In this document: piece by piece, positions 22,794 to 36,705 of the stretch | Layout of the letters: each line of letters starts with the position of its first letter | How positions within the stretch are numbered: position 1 is the first letter of the stretch | Assembly: GCF_018977255.1 (NCBI RefSeq) | Contig: NW_024704743.1 | Location: forward strand, 105,960,001 to 106,024,000 | Origin: Callorhinchus milii | Taxonomy: Eukaryota | Direction: 5' to 3' | DNA: 64,000 nucleotides | Made by a program: the position numbers and the translations under genes | Notes under the pieces: model-generated | Database searches by the model: none | What the model saw: the letters and a program-made list of their open reading frames with translations, nothing else | Told to the model about the DNA's origin: nothing

Positions 22794-25391
22794 TAAGCAC
22801 TGCTGAGATTCTGGTTTCCTTCTGTTTCGATATTGTGCTCCATAACTGAAACAAGATCAAAGAGACATAATTCTATTGATGACAGGCATGCAGCTCCTGT
22901 CAATGCAGTCTCTTTGAGGGAACCAAACCATTAACCTTACTTTACAGATCACTCCCAGTGGGGTGGGGGGTGGGGAAGTAATCTTAAGAGAACTGACATC
23001 ATTTTTTTTTAAAAAAGTCAATCTATCCAAGGCATCTCTAGATGTTAATATAAAACATGAAGTGACTCACATCTTATGAATACCAATTAAACCATTTTAA
23101 ATCTGCTTATGGCAAAATTTTGTGGGTAGCTTGCTTTGGTCTAATGATCAATCAATTCGAATAATAATAATTATTACTGTCATAATAATAATCCGTACAT
23201 TTGTTATAGTGTCTTATTACATCGTTGAGATGTCTCAAAGCACTTCGTAGGATTTTACTATTAGGTGTTGTGAAATTGATGAATGTGGCAGCCAATTTGC
23301 ATGCGGCAATGTCCCTCAAGCAAGTATGAAGTAAGTGACCAATTTTATTTGGGGATTTTGGCCAGTACACTGGGATAAATTGTGTTCTCTTTTCAAAAAA
23401 TGTCACAGGATTTTTAACATCACATCCATTTGAACAGAGAGAATCTCAGTCAAAGTCAAGCACAGTTGCAATGCCCATAAGTCTCTGTCAAGGCTCATAT
23501 ATGGAGAACAGTGACTTGGATGAGGTATCAGCACATTATGGACCTATGCCTCTGTAGATGGGAAATTGAGTAAATTACCTTCTAAAAGGTGTGCACATTC
23601 ATCACTTTGACATTCTTTACAGGAAAAATGTGTGCAGAATATCAAATATTCCATCTAGAACTTTTTTTTACCTTTAGCAACTACTGCAGGCAATTTCATG
23701 TTTGCTGTAGTTGCTTTGGCTGCACCTGGTTGCTATGCCACCTTAATACACAAAAGGAAAAAAAAGTAAGTTTGATCTACGCACAGATTTTCTCTCATTC
23801 ATTTTGATGGCACTAAATCCCTTATACTAATATATTGTTTTCCTTATAAACATTTTGTTCTTTCATGGTGCACCCGGTGATCTAAGGCATCCTTGTACCT
23901 TTTGTTCTGTATGCTTAACTATTACTCACCCATCAAGTACTCATGGTCAAAATGTCCATGGTGGTTCAGCATTGTGAACCCTGATTATGCCAATACAACT
24001 TATGAAAGGTTGATACCTTGATCCTAGATGTGTTATTTCTCTCTTCACCCATCACTACTGTAGTCCTTGGGTGAGAAAATTACACCACTGCAGATGGGCT
24101 AAATGTGGCTAAAAAATACCCGGGTTGCATTCTAAACATAGTTCGTTGATCGTGCCTTTAGACAACTTCCTTTGATTATCTCTGCTCTACTCTCTGCTTA
24201 GTCGGTGCTCCCTATCATCTCTGTGAAACACCGAGATGTTCATCCTATGTGTAAGACACATGTACAGTAAGTATAATTTGTTGGGACTATTTAAACACTG
24301 GGGACGGCTGTATCTCTAAAATAGCTGGCAACCTTCTGTTTGAGGCTGATTGTAAAGAAGAGAAAGCTTGAGTTAGTGCTAGTGCACTGGAAGGTCTGAA
24401 GAAAGCAAGGTAATGCAGAAAGGTTATTAAAAGGTTTTATAGCTAACTTACTTCTAATAGTTCAAAGTCATTTTGCTGCCACTGGACACTCCAACTTGCA
24501 CAAGCACAAGAAATGGACCATGGAAACTTGAAGCTTCATGTCTGCTAGTGTGTTTATTTATTTGTATGAATTTACAAAGCTGGTTTTGGAGGGGTGAGGA
24601 AAATATTATTCCCTTACATTTACACAGAAGTTGCGAGGATATTGTGCCCTTTATATAAGATGGGGATAAAATGAATGGTTAGGATTAGTAATACAGATGC
24701 TTCTACAATTATTCTATCAAAGGCCTGGAATTCTTATGGTCATAGCCTTAAGACTATTATTTTAAGATGTAAGATTGTGCTGAAAGTTCTGTCTTAATTT
24801 GGAAGACCCTTTGCTCTCCATTTTTAAGAACCACGGAAAGCCAACTTCCAAATTAAAACTTAATTTTGACATTAGATGTGCAACATCAAATGAAAGGATT
24901 ATTATTATTGACAACCTCATCGCTGGTTTTCAAATCCAGTTTCTTCATATTAAGAAAAAAACTGAAAGTATATTTTCCCAAACAAAGGTCAAGTCTTAAT
25001 GTCAAAATGTAAAATTACTCATTATTTAAGGTTATTGTTATGAAGACTATTTGAGATTTTACCCTTCATATTTTCTTAAACTGCATAATATTAAGACACT
25101 CCAAAGCTCAATGGGAGCAGGGATTCTTCCCACTCAGACCCAGATAAGGTGGACCTAGCTGGACAAAAGGAAAGAAGCTTGACAGACTGTGCTCATGGTG
25201 TCAAGGTTGCAGTTTTGCTGGTTAAAAAACAGTAGTTTCCCAACATACACTCTGGGGTTCCCTAATCTGGGCTCTCACAAAACCTGTGCTTAATATATTC
25301 TGAAATTAGGTGTACAGGATTCAGCTCTTGGGGAGAGAATGCACATTCCATTCAACACAAATGGAATTTTGTACATGTAGGTGACATCCAT

Positions 25392-25724
25392 ATAATAATA
25401 ATAATAATAATAATAATCCTTGCATTTGATATAGCGCTTTTCACGTCGGGAGGACGTCCCAAAGCGCTTCACAGAACACACTGTAAAGTGAATTGACTGT
25501 ATATTTGTGGGCAAACGCGGCAGCCAATTGCGCACAGCAATGTCCCACAAACAGTCGTAGATTGAAAATGACCAATTTATTATTGTTTTGGGTTTTTGGA
25601 GGGATTATTATTAGGCTCTGTGTGGAGTAAGGAAACTTGCCCAAGGTTTCGCCCTGCCTGGAATTGAACTCAGGTCTCTCGCTTGCAAAGCGAGTGCTCT
25701 AACCACTGAGCTACAGGACTCCAC
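25392..25724 (-). mobile_element. Full-length young tRNA-Ala-derived SINE (short CORE form)
   Basis: Nearly identical to 20176-20509. Confidence 0.92.
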
Positions 25725-28700
25725 GTGTAGCACTCTCAGTATGGCTTGGATACTCTTAAGCATGGCGACAGGTTTCTACATGACATCCAAATGAACACAA
25801 GAATGTAGTATTTGCATTGAAGGACCTTAATGAAACTCTGACTGCAGCTTAAGGTGTTGCCAGCTGTAGGTTTGAGTTGCTGAGGATAAATATTCCCTTG
25901 TTTTCAATGTACTGAGAATGGTTATAGCTGACAGAAATGAACACACCTTTAAAGTTTGCCCTGATCCAAATAACTAGGCACTGAGTTAGTGCAATACTTA
26001 ACTCACTGAAGATTGATGATTTTTTTCCTTTCAATTCATAATGTGCTGTTCTAGATCAATGCAATGAGAAATACAAGCAAAACTTAATATCTGTCACTTA
26101 AACATATGATGGCTCTATTGAGTGATAGATGCATTAACCAGTATATTACAGGGACTGAGTGCTGCAGTGACTCAGAACACAGTCCTTTTACTTTCTCAAA
26201 CTGTATGAAAAGTCTCTCTCTTTGATGGAGGTAAGTAGGGATGTACCCAAGACTTTGCCTGCTCAGAAAAAGCTGCATATTGCAGAAAAAAAGTAATAGA
26301 TCATAACTTAGTAAGACTAGTTCAGCTAACATCTTTGTCAATTTGTTAAGAGTAAAGGCGACAAGTCTTATTAAAATATCAATATCAACTAGACTTTATG
26401 TCTCGTTCCCTGACTACCTCACAACTCAAGTTTGATAAGATCTAGCATTTCATATTTTAACAGAACATTTCTATCTTAGAAGGGAAAGCATCTTTCACCT
26501 TCAATTACATTTCAATGGGTAAAAGTTATTGGCAAAGCTAACAATCTGTCTGAAACAGGATTACATCCAATAAAGGCTGCTTGATTAATGGAGCTCCTGC
26601 ACCTCACATGCAGTTAGGATGTGCCAAAAAAGAAGTAAAGTCACAAATCATAAGATACAAGATGAGTTTGCAAGTTTTAAAAAAACTCTTATATGTAGCT
26701 ATTCAATAATTTGTATTTGATGTAGCAGTTTGCCCTGATCCAAATAATTAGGCACTGAGTTAGTGTAATACTTAACTTGCTGAAGTCAATATGAGCACAG
26801 TAATGTACCAGAAACAGCCACAAAATGAATAAGCAATTTTATTTAGAGTATTGTTGGCCAGGACACTGAGAACAATTCCCTTCTCTTGTCGAATGGTCCC
26901 ATTGGATCTTTAACGTCCACCTGAACAGGCAGATGTGACTTGGGTTTAACCTCTCATTTGAAGGATGGCACGTTCTAGACTGACACCCCTACAGCTCTCT
27001 TGCCTCTGCGTCAGAAGGCTATTGTTATTGCGTACAATAACTTTCCTAAAGACTATATTATTCTGTTTTTAGTCATATTTTTAATGGTAGTAGATATGGT
27101 AGACAACAATGGCCAAGGTTCTCTGTGTAAACATTATTCAAATGATTATGCAGGCTTAGTGGATGAGTAATAATATTACAAGCAATGTGGTAAACATAAA
27201 GTTATTGTTATATGCAAGAATTGTTATACTTTTATTATTGTTATTATTTTTGAGACCATTGTCTAGACTGATAAGTGTGTGTAGTACCAGGTTAGCACTG
27301 TATTGTCAGTGACTCTGGCTTTTGAATGAGACTTTCAACTTAGCACCTGTTGAAATGACCTGTTTTGATGGACATTAAAGAACCCATGATACTAGTCGAA
27401 AAGAGAATGGAGGTTCTCTTGGTGTCCTGGTCAACAATCCTCCGCATTAATTGATCATTCACCTCATGTCTGTTTGTGGGACCTTGCCAGTGCAAATAGC
27501 TGCCATGTTTGCTTACAAAAGCAATCACTGTACTTGACAGGAATTACTTGTGAATCGCTTTGAGATATTTTTACATGATAAAGTGCTATATAAATGCAAA
27601 TTCTTCCTTTCTATACCTTTGTCCAGCTTTCAGTCCAAGGAAAACAATTTGAGGATATAGGTATAGGTTGAGTTGAACAAAATATTTTAGATGGATTTCT
27701 TCAATAGTGACATAACTGGCCAGTCAAGGAATTGGAATACAATGAGTGATTTAATCTTGTATGAAAATAAATAATAATCCTTGGATTTGGTAACGAGCCT
27801 TTCATGTCAGAAGGTTGTCCCAAAATGTTTCGGAGAATTCACCGTAAAGTAGAGTGGTGCACATTTCCTCGGTGAACCTGGCAGCCCATTTGTGCATGGT
27901 AATGCCCTACAAATAGCCATTAAGCGAATGACCAATTTTATTTCTGGGAATGTTAGCCATTCTGTACTATTACTGTGCTATAAAGTGTTAACAGTGGGCA
28001 CTGTTTGATAATTTTTATATTATCCACTTGTGGCTTCAGGTGTGTATATGGAAAGCCTCCCAGTTTGCAATATTCACAAAACAGTTAACAGTGTTTTGCA
28101 AAAGCCACCAATGTGCAGAAAAAGTCAGAAGCTAAACAGAAGATGTGTGAAAAATTGCCATTGGGCCTCAGTATTTTCAGATCTTTAAATTAAGCTCCTT
28201 CAATTGTTTTTACAATGTTAATCCCAATACATCTTGATTTTGAGAAATGCACAAGAGTACCAAACGATTTTTATTTTTCTAAATGAAATAAATCCCAAAT
28301 CCAGCCCATTTTGCTATCAGAGGACAATCTTTAACTGTCCATACCATTAAGTCATGTTATACCTCTGCTTCAAGGCTTGCCCTGTGTGAAGTATTTTGAT
28401 GTAATAGGTTTTACCATTGCTCCCTCATCAGCTTCTCTGTGCTCCAATACTTCCCTTCTCAAATCTGAGGTGGCTTAAGGTCAGGCTCACTGTCAGATTT
28501 GATTGACGTTCGAGCACCTTTGACACTGAACCAATCACATTTGAAAGACTGAGTTCAGACAAATAGGTTGGAGAGGGAAGGGGGCTAGACTTTCTTCCTG
28601 TAACCACAGCAAACTGATCAGTCTAAAAGTTCATTAAAACTGAGATTGACAGGATTGGGACACTTGGGCTCAGTTCATATGTTAAGTCAGTTTCAAATTT

Positions 28701-29669
28701 GTAGATGTTCCTTGTCACAATGGTAGATGGCACTTCAACTCTTCCTTGCCGGATGAGGAGTCATTTATCAATTATATTAGAAAGGAAATTAAATACATCA
28801 TGGGAAACCCATCCATTTGACCATGTGTCTGTCCAGATGGACATTAAAGATCCAGTGGCTCTATTCAAAAAAGGAAGGGAACTTTCTCCCAGTTTCCTGG
28901 CCAATAATCCCCAAGATAAAATCAGTCATTCACTTCATGGCTCTTTGTGGGACATTGCCATATTCAAATAGACGATTGCCAATATCCTGTGAAGCGCTTT
29001 GAGACATTTCGACGATGTGAAAAGGTACCGTATCAAATATTCAGATTATTATTTTCATATTTGCAGCAATCTTTTGAGAAACATGCAGAAGCACAGAACG
29101 ATAGAGAAACATTGCCTAACTAGCCTATAACATAAACAAGATAAACAGGAATTCGTAGACAGGAAATCAATGCTACTTTTTTTTAACATAACATAAAAAG
29201 GAAAAATTCTGTAGTTTATACTACAGTACAAGTCCTCACTACCATTTGAACTGTCTTATGATGAACCAGCATATATTATTGCGTTTAGCTTTTACTATAA
29301 AGGAACTGCCATTGAAAACCTCTTTTCCTAGCAAATGATCCCCACAATGATCTCTCTGCAGCTGTTCAGCGTACCCTTCCATTGAAGTTTGACATCGCCA
29401 AGCAACAAATTGTTATCACTGAAACAAAAAGAATAGATTTGTTTATATCAAAACTGAGGAAACATTACAGCTAGGGTCATGGCCTGAAATGAATACGTGA
29501 TTTTTCTATCAAATTTCAGATCTCAACAGCAGATTAATATAACTATTCAGTTGAGTTCAGTTGTCCCCAATTACATATCAAGCTACTAAATAATTTATTC
29601 CATAGGAATTTTTGGAAGACACAGTGGGTCCTTTTATCTTGTTATAATTGTATCTAAAAAATGACAAAG

Positions 29670-29925
29670 CAGCCAATTGCACACAGTAGTGTACCACAAA
29701 GAGTCATGGATTGAATGACCCAATCATATATATATTTTTTTGAATGGATTATTACCCCCGGGAAAGCTATCTGCCAATCAACTAAGAATGGGTTCCTACT
29801 TACTGCTAGGTAAACAGAAGCATGTGGAGTAAGGAAACTTGCCTGATGTTTAGCCCTGTCCAGGAATTGAACACAGGTCCTCTCGCTTGCAAGGTGAATG
29901 TTCTAACCAATATGCTACAGGATCA
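29670..29925 (-). mobile_element. Older long-form CORE SINE
   Basis: tRNA head plus the extra segment gggttcctacttactgctaggtaaacag. Confidence 0.75.
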
Positions 29926-30629
29926 CAGAAATACCTGTGGATTAGTACACTGTACTTTTGGAGATTGTGCATTGTAAACTGCTATGCACACATAAAATAG
30001 TACTCATTAATATCCATGGAACGCACCAGTGTGCGTTACTCCCTACGAAAGACTACAGGATACAACACTACCAATAAAATAGTGCTTTATACATTATTTT
30101 CCTTATTTATAAAATAAGCCGATGTTCACTTCTACCCGTGAAATAGTGCACTAGGCACTTCTTCCTGTGGATTAGTGCAATGTGAACGCTTACAGTGTAA
30201 TAGTGCAGTACGACAATTTCCAAAAGTGTGCTTTGGCTTTGTTTATGAATAATCTTTGTGAAGATTTAAAGAAAAATCTTAACCAGCACATCGACTGGGA
30301 AACTTCCATATCATCTCTATAATGGAAAAACCTAATGTTGGACACATTTCCTATAGCAGATGAAAACATCAAACACCATAAGGTTAGGTAAGAACAATTA
30401 AATTTGTTTAGTTGCGATTCACATGGGACACTGTTATTCTGGGAAACCCAGACAACATAAAGTCACACTTTCCCTACAGACTGAAGGAATATGTAGCAAT
30501 GATCCGCCCATGTGGACAGAAACTACAATTTCACAAACTGACTTCCTCCCTGGAGTGAAGCAGAATATATACATCCAGGCACCAGAGAAGGGTAGAGGAT
30601 ATTGTTATTGAGCAATGAACTAATATGCT

Positions 30630-31072
30630 ATCAGTTTGGCTCAGTCAGTCACAACCTCAATGTTTGTGAGCTGAATTTCCTGCACCAGAACCTGAGCTCA
30701 TAATGCAGGCTGGCACCTCAGTCAAATATTGAGGGAGAGTTGCATTGCAGTCTTCATATGAACCATTAAACCAAGGTCACTAATCTCCTTTTCTGTAATG
30801 TGGATATTAAAGATACCGTGGCATTATTTGAATGAAGAAAAGAAAGTTCTCTTGATGTCCTTGTTTTATTCCTTCCTTATCCAAATTTACCAAACCCAGA
30901 TTGAATTTGGTGAATTATATAATTTCTGTTTGTGGTACATTGTTGGTACAGAATAGCCACTACAATTGCCTTTATAACCATTCACTATACTTCAGATAAA
31001 CTCACTATGTGATGTGCTTTTTAAGATTTCAACATGATAATACGCTCTTTCAAATGCAAGTACTGTATTATT
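30630..31072 (+). mobile_element. Degraded Deu-domain SINE
   Basis: Head, Deu-like core and tail recognisable. Similar decayed copies at ~3025-3370(-), 7960-8255(+), 23160-23440(-), 26790-26975(-), 27290-27600(+), 28825-29050(+), 51500-51790(+), 55490-55775(-), 55940-56225(+). Confidence 0.65.
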
Positions 31073-31939
31073 GTTTAAACACAATTTAGTCCACAAAACA
31101 TTGGTTAGAATAATAAACAGATAATTGTATGCTTCCTGGAATTTATTCTCCGCTATATGGAAAATAAAACTTAGTGCGAAAGGTTGAAATTTTACATTTT
31201 AACACATACAGGAATAATTCAATTTTGAATCTTTCACTTTAAAATATTGTTTCAATTGAACTGAGCTCAAATTGAACAAAGAACACAAATCCTATCATTT
31301 GAAGGCAAATTGTCACTTCAAAAATGTTAAACCAGATATGGATCTAAATTCTGATGCTTTACAGCATTTTGAACAATAACAATGGTCTTTTGAAACATTA
31401 ATCAGTCTGCATTTTTCCACAAGTCGCTTATCAGAAGAGAAACTTGTTTTAAGTCTACTCATTTGAGCTGCCAGGGGAATAGCCTAATTGTTCACTGGAA
31501 AGGTGGCTGTTGCATTTACCCATAGAAAGTACGTTTAGGAGCCACTGAACTTGGTCTCTTTCCAAGGTATTGTGGAATGACTTTACAGTGTCTGATTTAC
31601 TTTAAACTTCTTGTTATTGCAGTTAAAAGCTTCAATTTATCCCACATACATCCTGTTTAAAAATGCTTTTCTTCTCTGTTGAACAATGACAATGAATTCC
31701 ATATCATGGTTTTTACAGATGGGAGTTGCATCTTGTGTGCAGCCCAATCTTGTTGCAGAGAGAAACTGCAAAACATATGCTGCTATGGGCAATTGACTAG
31801 CAATGAACAGTCACCCTGGCTGCATGTTGATGTTACTTGAAGGTGTTACTCTGCAGAGTGCAGAGGATATTTCTGATCGATAAGCGATACCTAGAAGATG
31901 CTTATAGGTAAGCTTCATTCAGATCAGACCACAACTGGC

Positions 31940-32696
31940 CACAACTGGCACCGCCTTCCATCACCTCCGGAATATCGCCAGACTACGGCACTACCTCACC
32001 CCTCACGCTGCTGAAACCCTGGTTCACGCCTTTGTCACCTCAAGGCTGGACTATGGGAACTCTCTCCTCGCCGGCCTTCCCGGCACCTCCCTCCACAAGC
32101 TGCAGGTCATTCAGAACTCTGCAGCTCGTGTACTGTCCCGCACCAGGCTTCGGACCACATCACTCCTACCCTCGCTCGCCTCCACTGGCTCCCCATCCCC
32201 AGAGGATTGATTTCAAGATCCTCATCCTCACCTACAAGGCCATTCACGGCCTTGCTCCCTCCTACCTCTCCAACCTACTATCCCCCTACCTACCTGCCCG
32301 TAACCTCCGTTCCTCTGGCTCCGGTCTGCTCCACGTCCCCCGCCCCAACCGCCCTACTATCGGTGGTCGGGCCTTCAGCCTCTCAGCCCCGAGGCTCTGG
32401 AACTCCATCCCCCAGTGCCTTCGCCTTGCTTCCTCCCTTTCCTCCTTCAAGGCCGGTCTCAAAACCTTTCTCTTTGACCGTGCCTTCAGCTCCCCTCTCG
32501 ACTCTCTTCCTCCTCCTCGCTCCCTCCCTTCCCTCCCCTCACCCTGACCATTTCCCCCCTCCTCTCTCCCTCCCTTCCCTCCCCTCACCCTGACCATTTC
32601 CCCCCTGTTCGGGTCATGACCCAACTGTGCAGCGCCTTGGGACGTCCTCCTGACGTGAAAGGCGCTCTATAAATGGAATCTTGTTGTTGTTGTTGT
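31940..32696 (+). mobile_element. L2 LINE 3' fragment (young subfamily)
   Basis: RIDFKILILTYKAIHGLAPSYLSNLL...GGRAFSLSAPRLWNSIP, C-rich 3' UTR, stem-loop, (TGT)n tail. Confidence 0.93.
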
Positions 32697-33673
32697 ATCA
32701 GTTCTGTCCACTTTGCTTAGAAAAGGGGGACAATGCTCCATTTCCTATTATAATGCTGCCATAGCTCAAAAGGATATATTTTACTACAATACTTGTTACG
32801 TGCATGAGCCAGGTGGAATCAAGTGGAAGAGGCAATCAGTCACAGGCAAACAAAGTAGAGGCTAATATTATGGGCAGTATTTGCAGAAAATTAGGGGCAA
32901 ATAGGGTGTGCAAGTTAGGGTGAAAATGAGACTGGCGAGATTGATTGCAGTGTGCTTTTACACATTACTTTGTTACTTCAACCTCAAACTCCCTATATAC
33001 ACGTTGAATACCATTTTTAGAGGATGTATTTTGTCTTGTGAACTATTTTTGTTGCAACAATGATCTTGCCACTGGGAGCATTAATTAATTTACCAGGGAG
33101 TTAGATTAATATCACTAGTTATTATCCAGCCTTTAACATTAAGTGCTTCAACAAACCATTTAATTTCGATTGTGTGCATTAATTTAGCTACCTCACATAG
33201 TTGGTTTCATTAACTCCTCCATCCAGTTCCCCTCAATCAATCAACCAACATTTTCTGTTGAAAGAATAATGGCCCAAAAATCAACACCAATAGATTAAAT
33301 GGATATTAAAATTAGTCAGAATCAAATTTAAATTATGCTCCAAAGCAATGTCATGGTTGGGACTCTTACATTAAAATTTAATTTTTTAGGTCAATTTTAA
33401 CCCAACAAATTTATATCTTGTCCCTTTTCAACAAAAACTGGCAACAGATTGATACATGACTTGTAACATAGGGAACGGGACTTCTGTGTAAGTATATAAG
33501 TTGAATCTTATTCAACTTATTCAAAATCTCCTAGCTCTAGATGTCAGCAGCCCTTATTCAAACTGGTGGATTATACATATCTCTGTACTCATTGCATTTT
33601 CTGTTATGATACTGTATTACTAGTGTCATCTTTTTACCTTTCAGATAAGGTGTAGCAATAAGACTTCACTTCC

Positions 33674-34190
33674 TTATCCCTCAACTTCCAATTCATTGAC
33701 GTCCACAATTTTCTTATTTATTCTAAATTGTTGGAATAGACCTGTTTCAGGATTCCCATTAATTTTGGTTTCTGGTTTCACGTCAATTGGAGAAGTGGTA
33801 ATCTGTTCCAATGAATTTACACATTTTAAGACTGTGATTTCCCCTCGTCTGAAACACATAAAGGTGCCTAGAGTTTTGTCCACAGGAAGCTGGAGTTCAT
33901 GTAATGATTGGTCTGCCTTACACTTCTGCTGCAAATCAGAAACATTAGCTATGGATTCCAAGGCTATGGCCAGCTCAACAGCTCTTTGTAATGTCAGATC
34001 AAGCAATGCAAAAAACACCACTATATCCAGTCATCCCTTATTATACCATTGTATCACCCGGCTATGTCCCAAAAGAGTAACATTCATTAAGCAGCTACAA
34101 AGTTTTCACTTTCTACTTTCTCAGTCTAAAAATATGCAGGAGTTGCATTTAAAGCGGCCAGTTATAGCGGTAACCAGCTGCTTCAATGTT
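33674..34190 (-). mobile_element. Gypsy-type LTR retrotransposon gag relic
   Basis: LLDLTLQRAVELAIALE followed by a decayed zinc knuckle (CFRRG for CxxCG). Upstream remnants resemble IAERFKF and LRDRLVCG. Confidence 0.6.
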
Positions 34191-34704
34191 AATTCCATTT
34201 GACGGCACTGATGGATTAAACTACACACGGAGTCATAAATGCTAAGAGAAATGGGTCTCTGCTTAGCTTTATCATTAGCCTTGGGCAATAATCCTCCAGA
34301 TAAAAATGATCATTCATTTCAACGTGGTTTGTGGGGCATTGCTGTGCACAAACTGACTGTCACATTCGCCTACAAAAAACACAGTCCCTCCACAGTAAAA
34401 TTTGGGGAAACGCTTTGAAGAGTTTTCCCAACCTGAAAGGCACTGTATCAAATGCAAGGATTAATTTAACATTAAAGTCCATAGGCACAAATTAGAACAA
34501 CAAAATACAATCTTGCGCATTTGGTTCAGGCTGCTCTTTTTTTCTCAAAAAATGGTATTCTTTTCTTTAATCCTCCTCATCAATAAATTATACTTTTTAT
34601 TTGTTTTTTTATTTATCAAAATTTGTTTTGACCTTGTGTCACAAAGGTCATTCATAATACAGTTACCATTCGTATTTATATTACCCTTATCCATGCATTC
34701 GTTA

Positions 34705-34992
34705 CATCAATGCTTGATTACGGAAATTCGGCCTTCCCAACTCTTCCCTTCACAAGCTGCAGATCATCCAAAACTCTGCAGCTCATGTACTATCGCGCAC
34801 CAGGCTCTGTGAGCCCATCACACCCACCACCGCCTGCTTCCACTGGTTCCCCATCTCCCAGAGGATCGAGTTCAAGATCCTCATCCTCACTTCCAAGACT
34901 ATGGATGGCCTTGCCCCCTCCTACTTCTCTGACCTGCTGACTCCCTACCAACCTGCCCGCTCTCTCCTTTCAGCAGGCTTGCTCCACACGCC
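34705..34992 (+). mobile_element. Degraded L2 ORF2 fragment
   Basis: cacaagctgcagatcatccaaaactctgcagctc...ccactggttccccatc...gagttcaagatcctcatcctcac is homologous to the other L2 copies. Confidence 0.85.
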
Positions 34993-36705
34993 TGATAATA
35001 ATCCCTCAAGAAAAAAAAACACAATAATAATTTGGTCACTTAATCCACGACTATTTATGAGACACTGCTGTGAGCAATTGGCTGCCGCATTTTGCCTACA
35101 AATATAGTCAATTCACTTTACAGTATATTCTGCGAAGCGCTTTGAGACGTCTAGAAGACGTGAAAAGTGCTATATCAAATGCAAGGATTATTATTATTAC
35201 ATAGTTTGCCTTTAGTACAAAATCCCATCTCAACAACAGTAGCTGCCATTACATAGACTTGCATAGCACGGAAGCAGGCCATTCAGCCCAACAAGTCCAT
35301 ACCAGACTTGTTTATACTTCACCCATTCCTTTCTCCCTCTGGAGTAGGGTGTAGGGAGTCAATAACTAGAATTGTGAGATTTGCCAAGTACTGGATCATA
35401 AAATTCCAAAGGGCAAAAATTCCATTCAGTGCTATACTGTGCAGCACAACTAATTGCAAAAGGTGTTGTGTGTAGCACTGATCAGAAAATGTACCCACAA
35501 GCCAACAAGAACCAGAAAATGTCCAAAGAACAAAAATCAGAACATGACAGACTTTTTTACACTGCAGCCTTTTGTCAGAGTTTACCAGTTCAAGGTTTGT
35601 GATTTGCTGTTTCGTAATTTTGCGATTCAATATTTTTTCGTTTAAAAAAAAGTAATATGAAACAAATGGTTTCTAAGTGACCGGGATACTGGAACTTGAT
35701 ATATACTATAATGCTTGAGGTCAGATGCTGAGGCAGCTTTTTGCCTTAATCATTCTTCCTGACCTAAAACACTCATCCAGCAAAGAGTTTGAAGATACAT
35801 TGATACAGACTGGGAAGGAAGCAAAGGATTAAAAAAAATCCCCATTCCTTCCTCTCAGTGGTTGATAGCAAACCTGCTGTGACCCTGTGTCTCGAGAGAT
35901 GGGTCTGTTGCTCTGCTTCTTAATTAACATCAACTTTCTTGGTTTAAATGTGAAAGTTGTCCTTTGCTCCCTGGCTCAGACTTAAGTATTGTTTCCAAGA
36001 ATAACATGAATTGATGTCAGAACAACTTCCTAATTCTTCCCTGTTTTGATAGAAGAGGTCGACATTTAAACCACTCCCTGTCAAACAGAAATATATAATG
36101 TCTTTTCCAATAGTGCTGAAGTGTCAAACACACTACACCTCCTGGCCCAATGAAAGTTATCAAATGTTACTGTAGAATCCGAGAAGGCCCCTCACACTCC
36201 AAAATAGAATAAATCTTGATCTTTATTTTGTTGAACAGGAATATATACGCATTGGTCTATACAATCAGTGTTTTCATGCATTTCACGCATTTTAAACTAG
36301 TGCTCTGCACTCTGCTGATAACTGTGAAACCTGCCCACTGACTTGTACATTTCAATAATAATAACGTAATAACATTAAGGTCTAATTTTGGTGTTTTGCA
36401 AAAAAGAGTAGGAAATGCTAATTCAGTTTTACTGTTTAATTTGTGATATTCACAACACGTTGGTGATTTCTGACAGCGAGCGAAGAACACAATAAGGCTG
36501 GAGAATGCCCATTTTGAAGAGAGATATTTGCTCTTGGGACTCTGTTACTCACAGTTCATCAGATTTTTGAAATCACTCTCTAACCTGCTGACAGATTAGC
36601 AATTATCAAGAATAGGACCAAAATATATCAGATAAAAAGAAGAAAAGCACCATCCTACTGGATAAAGCCACCAGACTACATTTATCTTCATGAATACAAT
36701 ATCAG

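Noticed and set aside
25650..25724. tRNA-Ala gene (also 20435-20509, 44357-44431, 51953-52025)
   Set aside because: No proper acceptor stem, and each runs into SINE sequence, so these are SINE heads.
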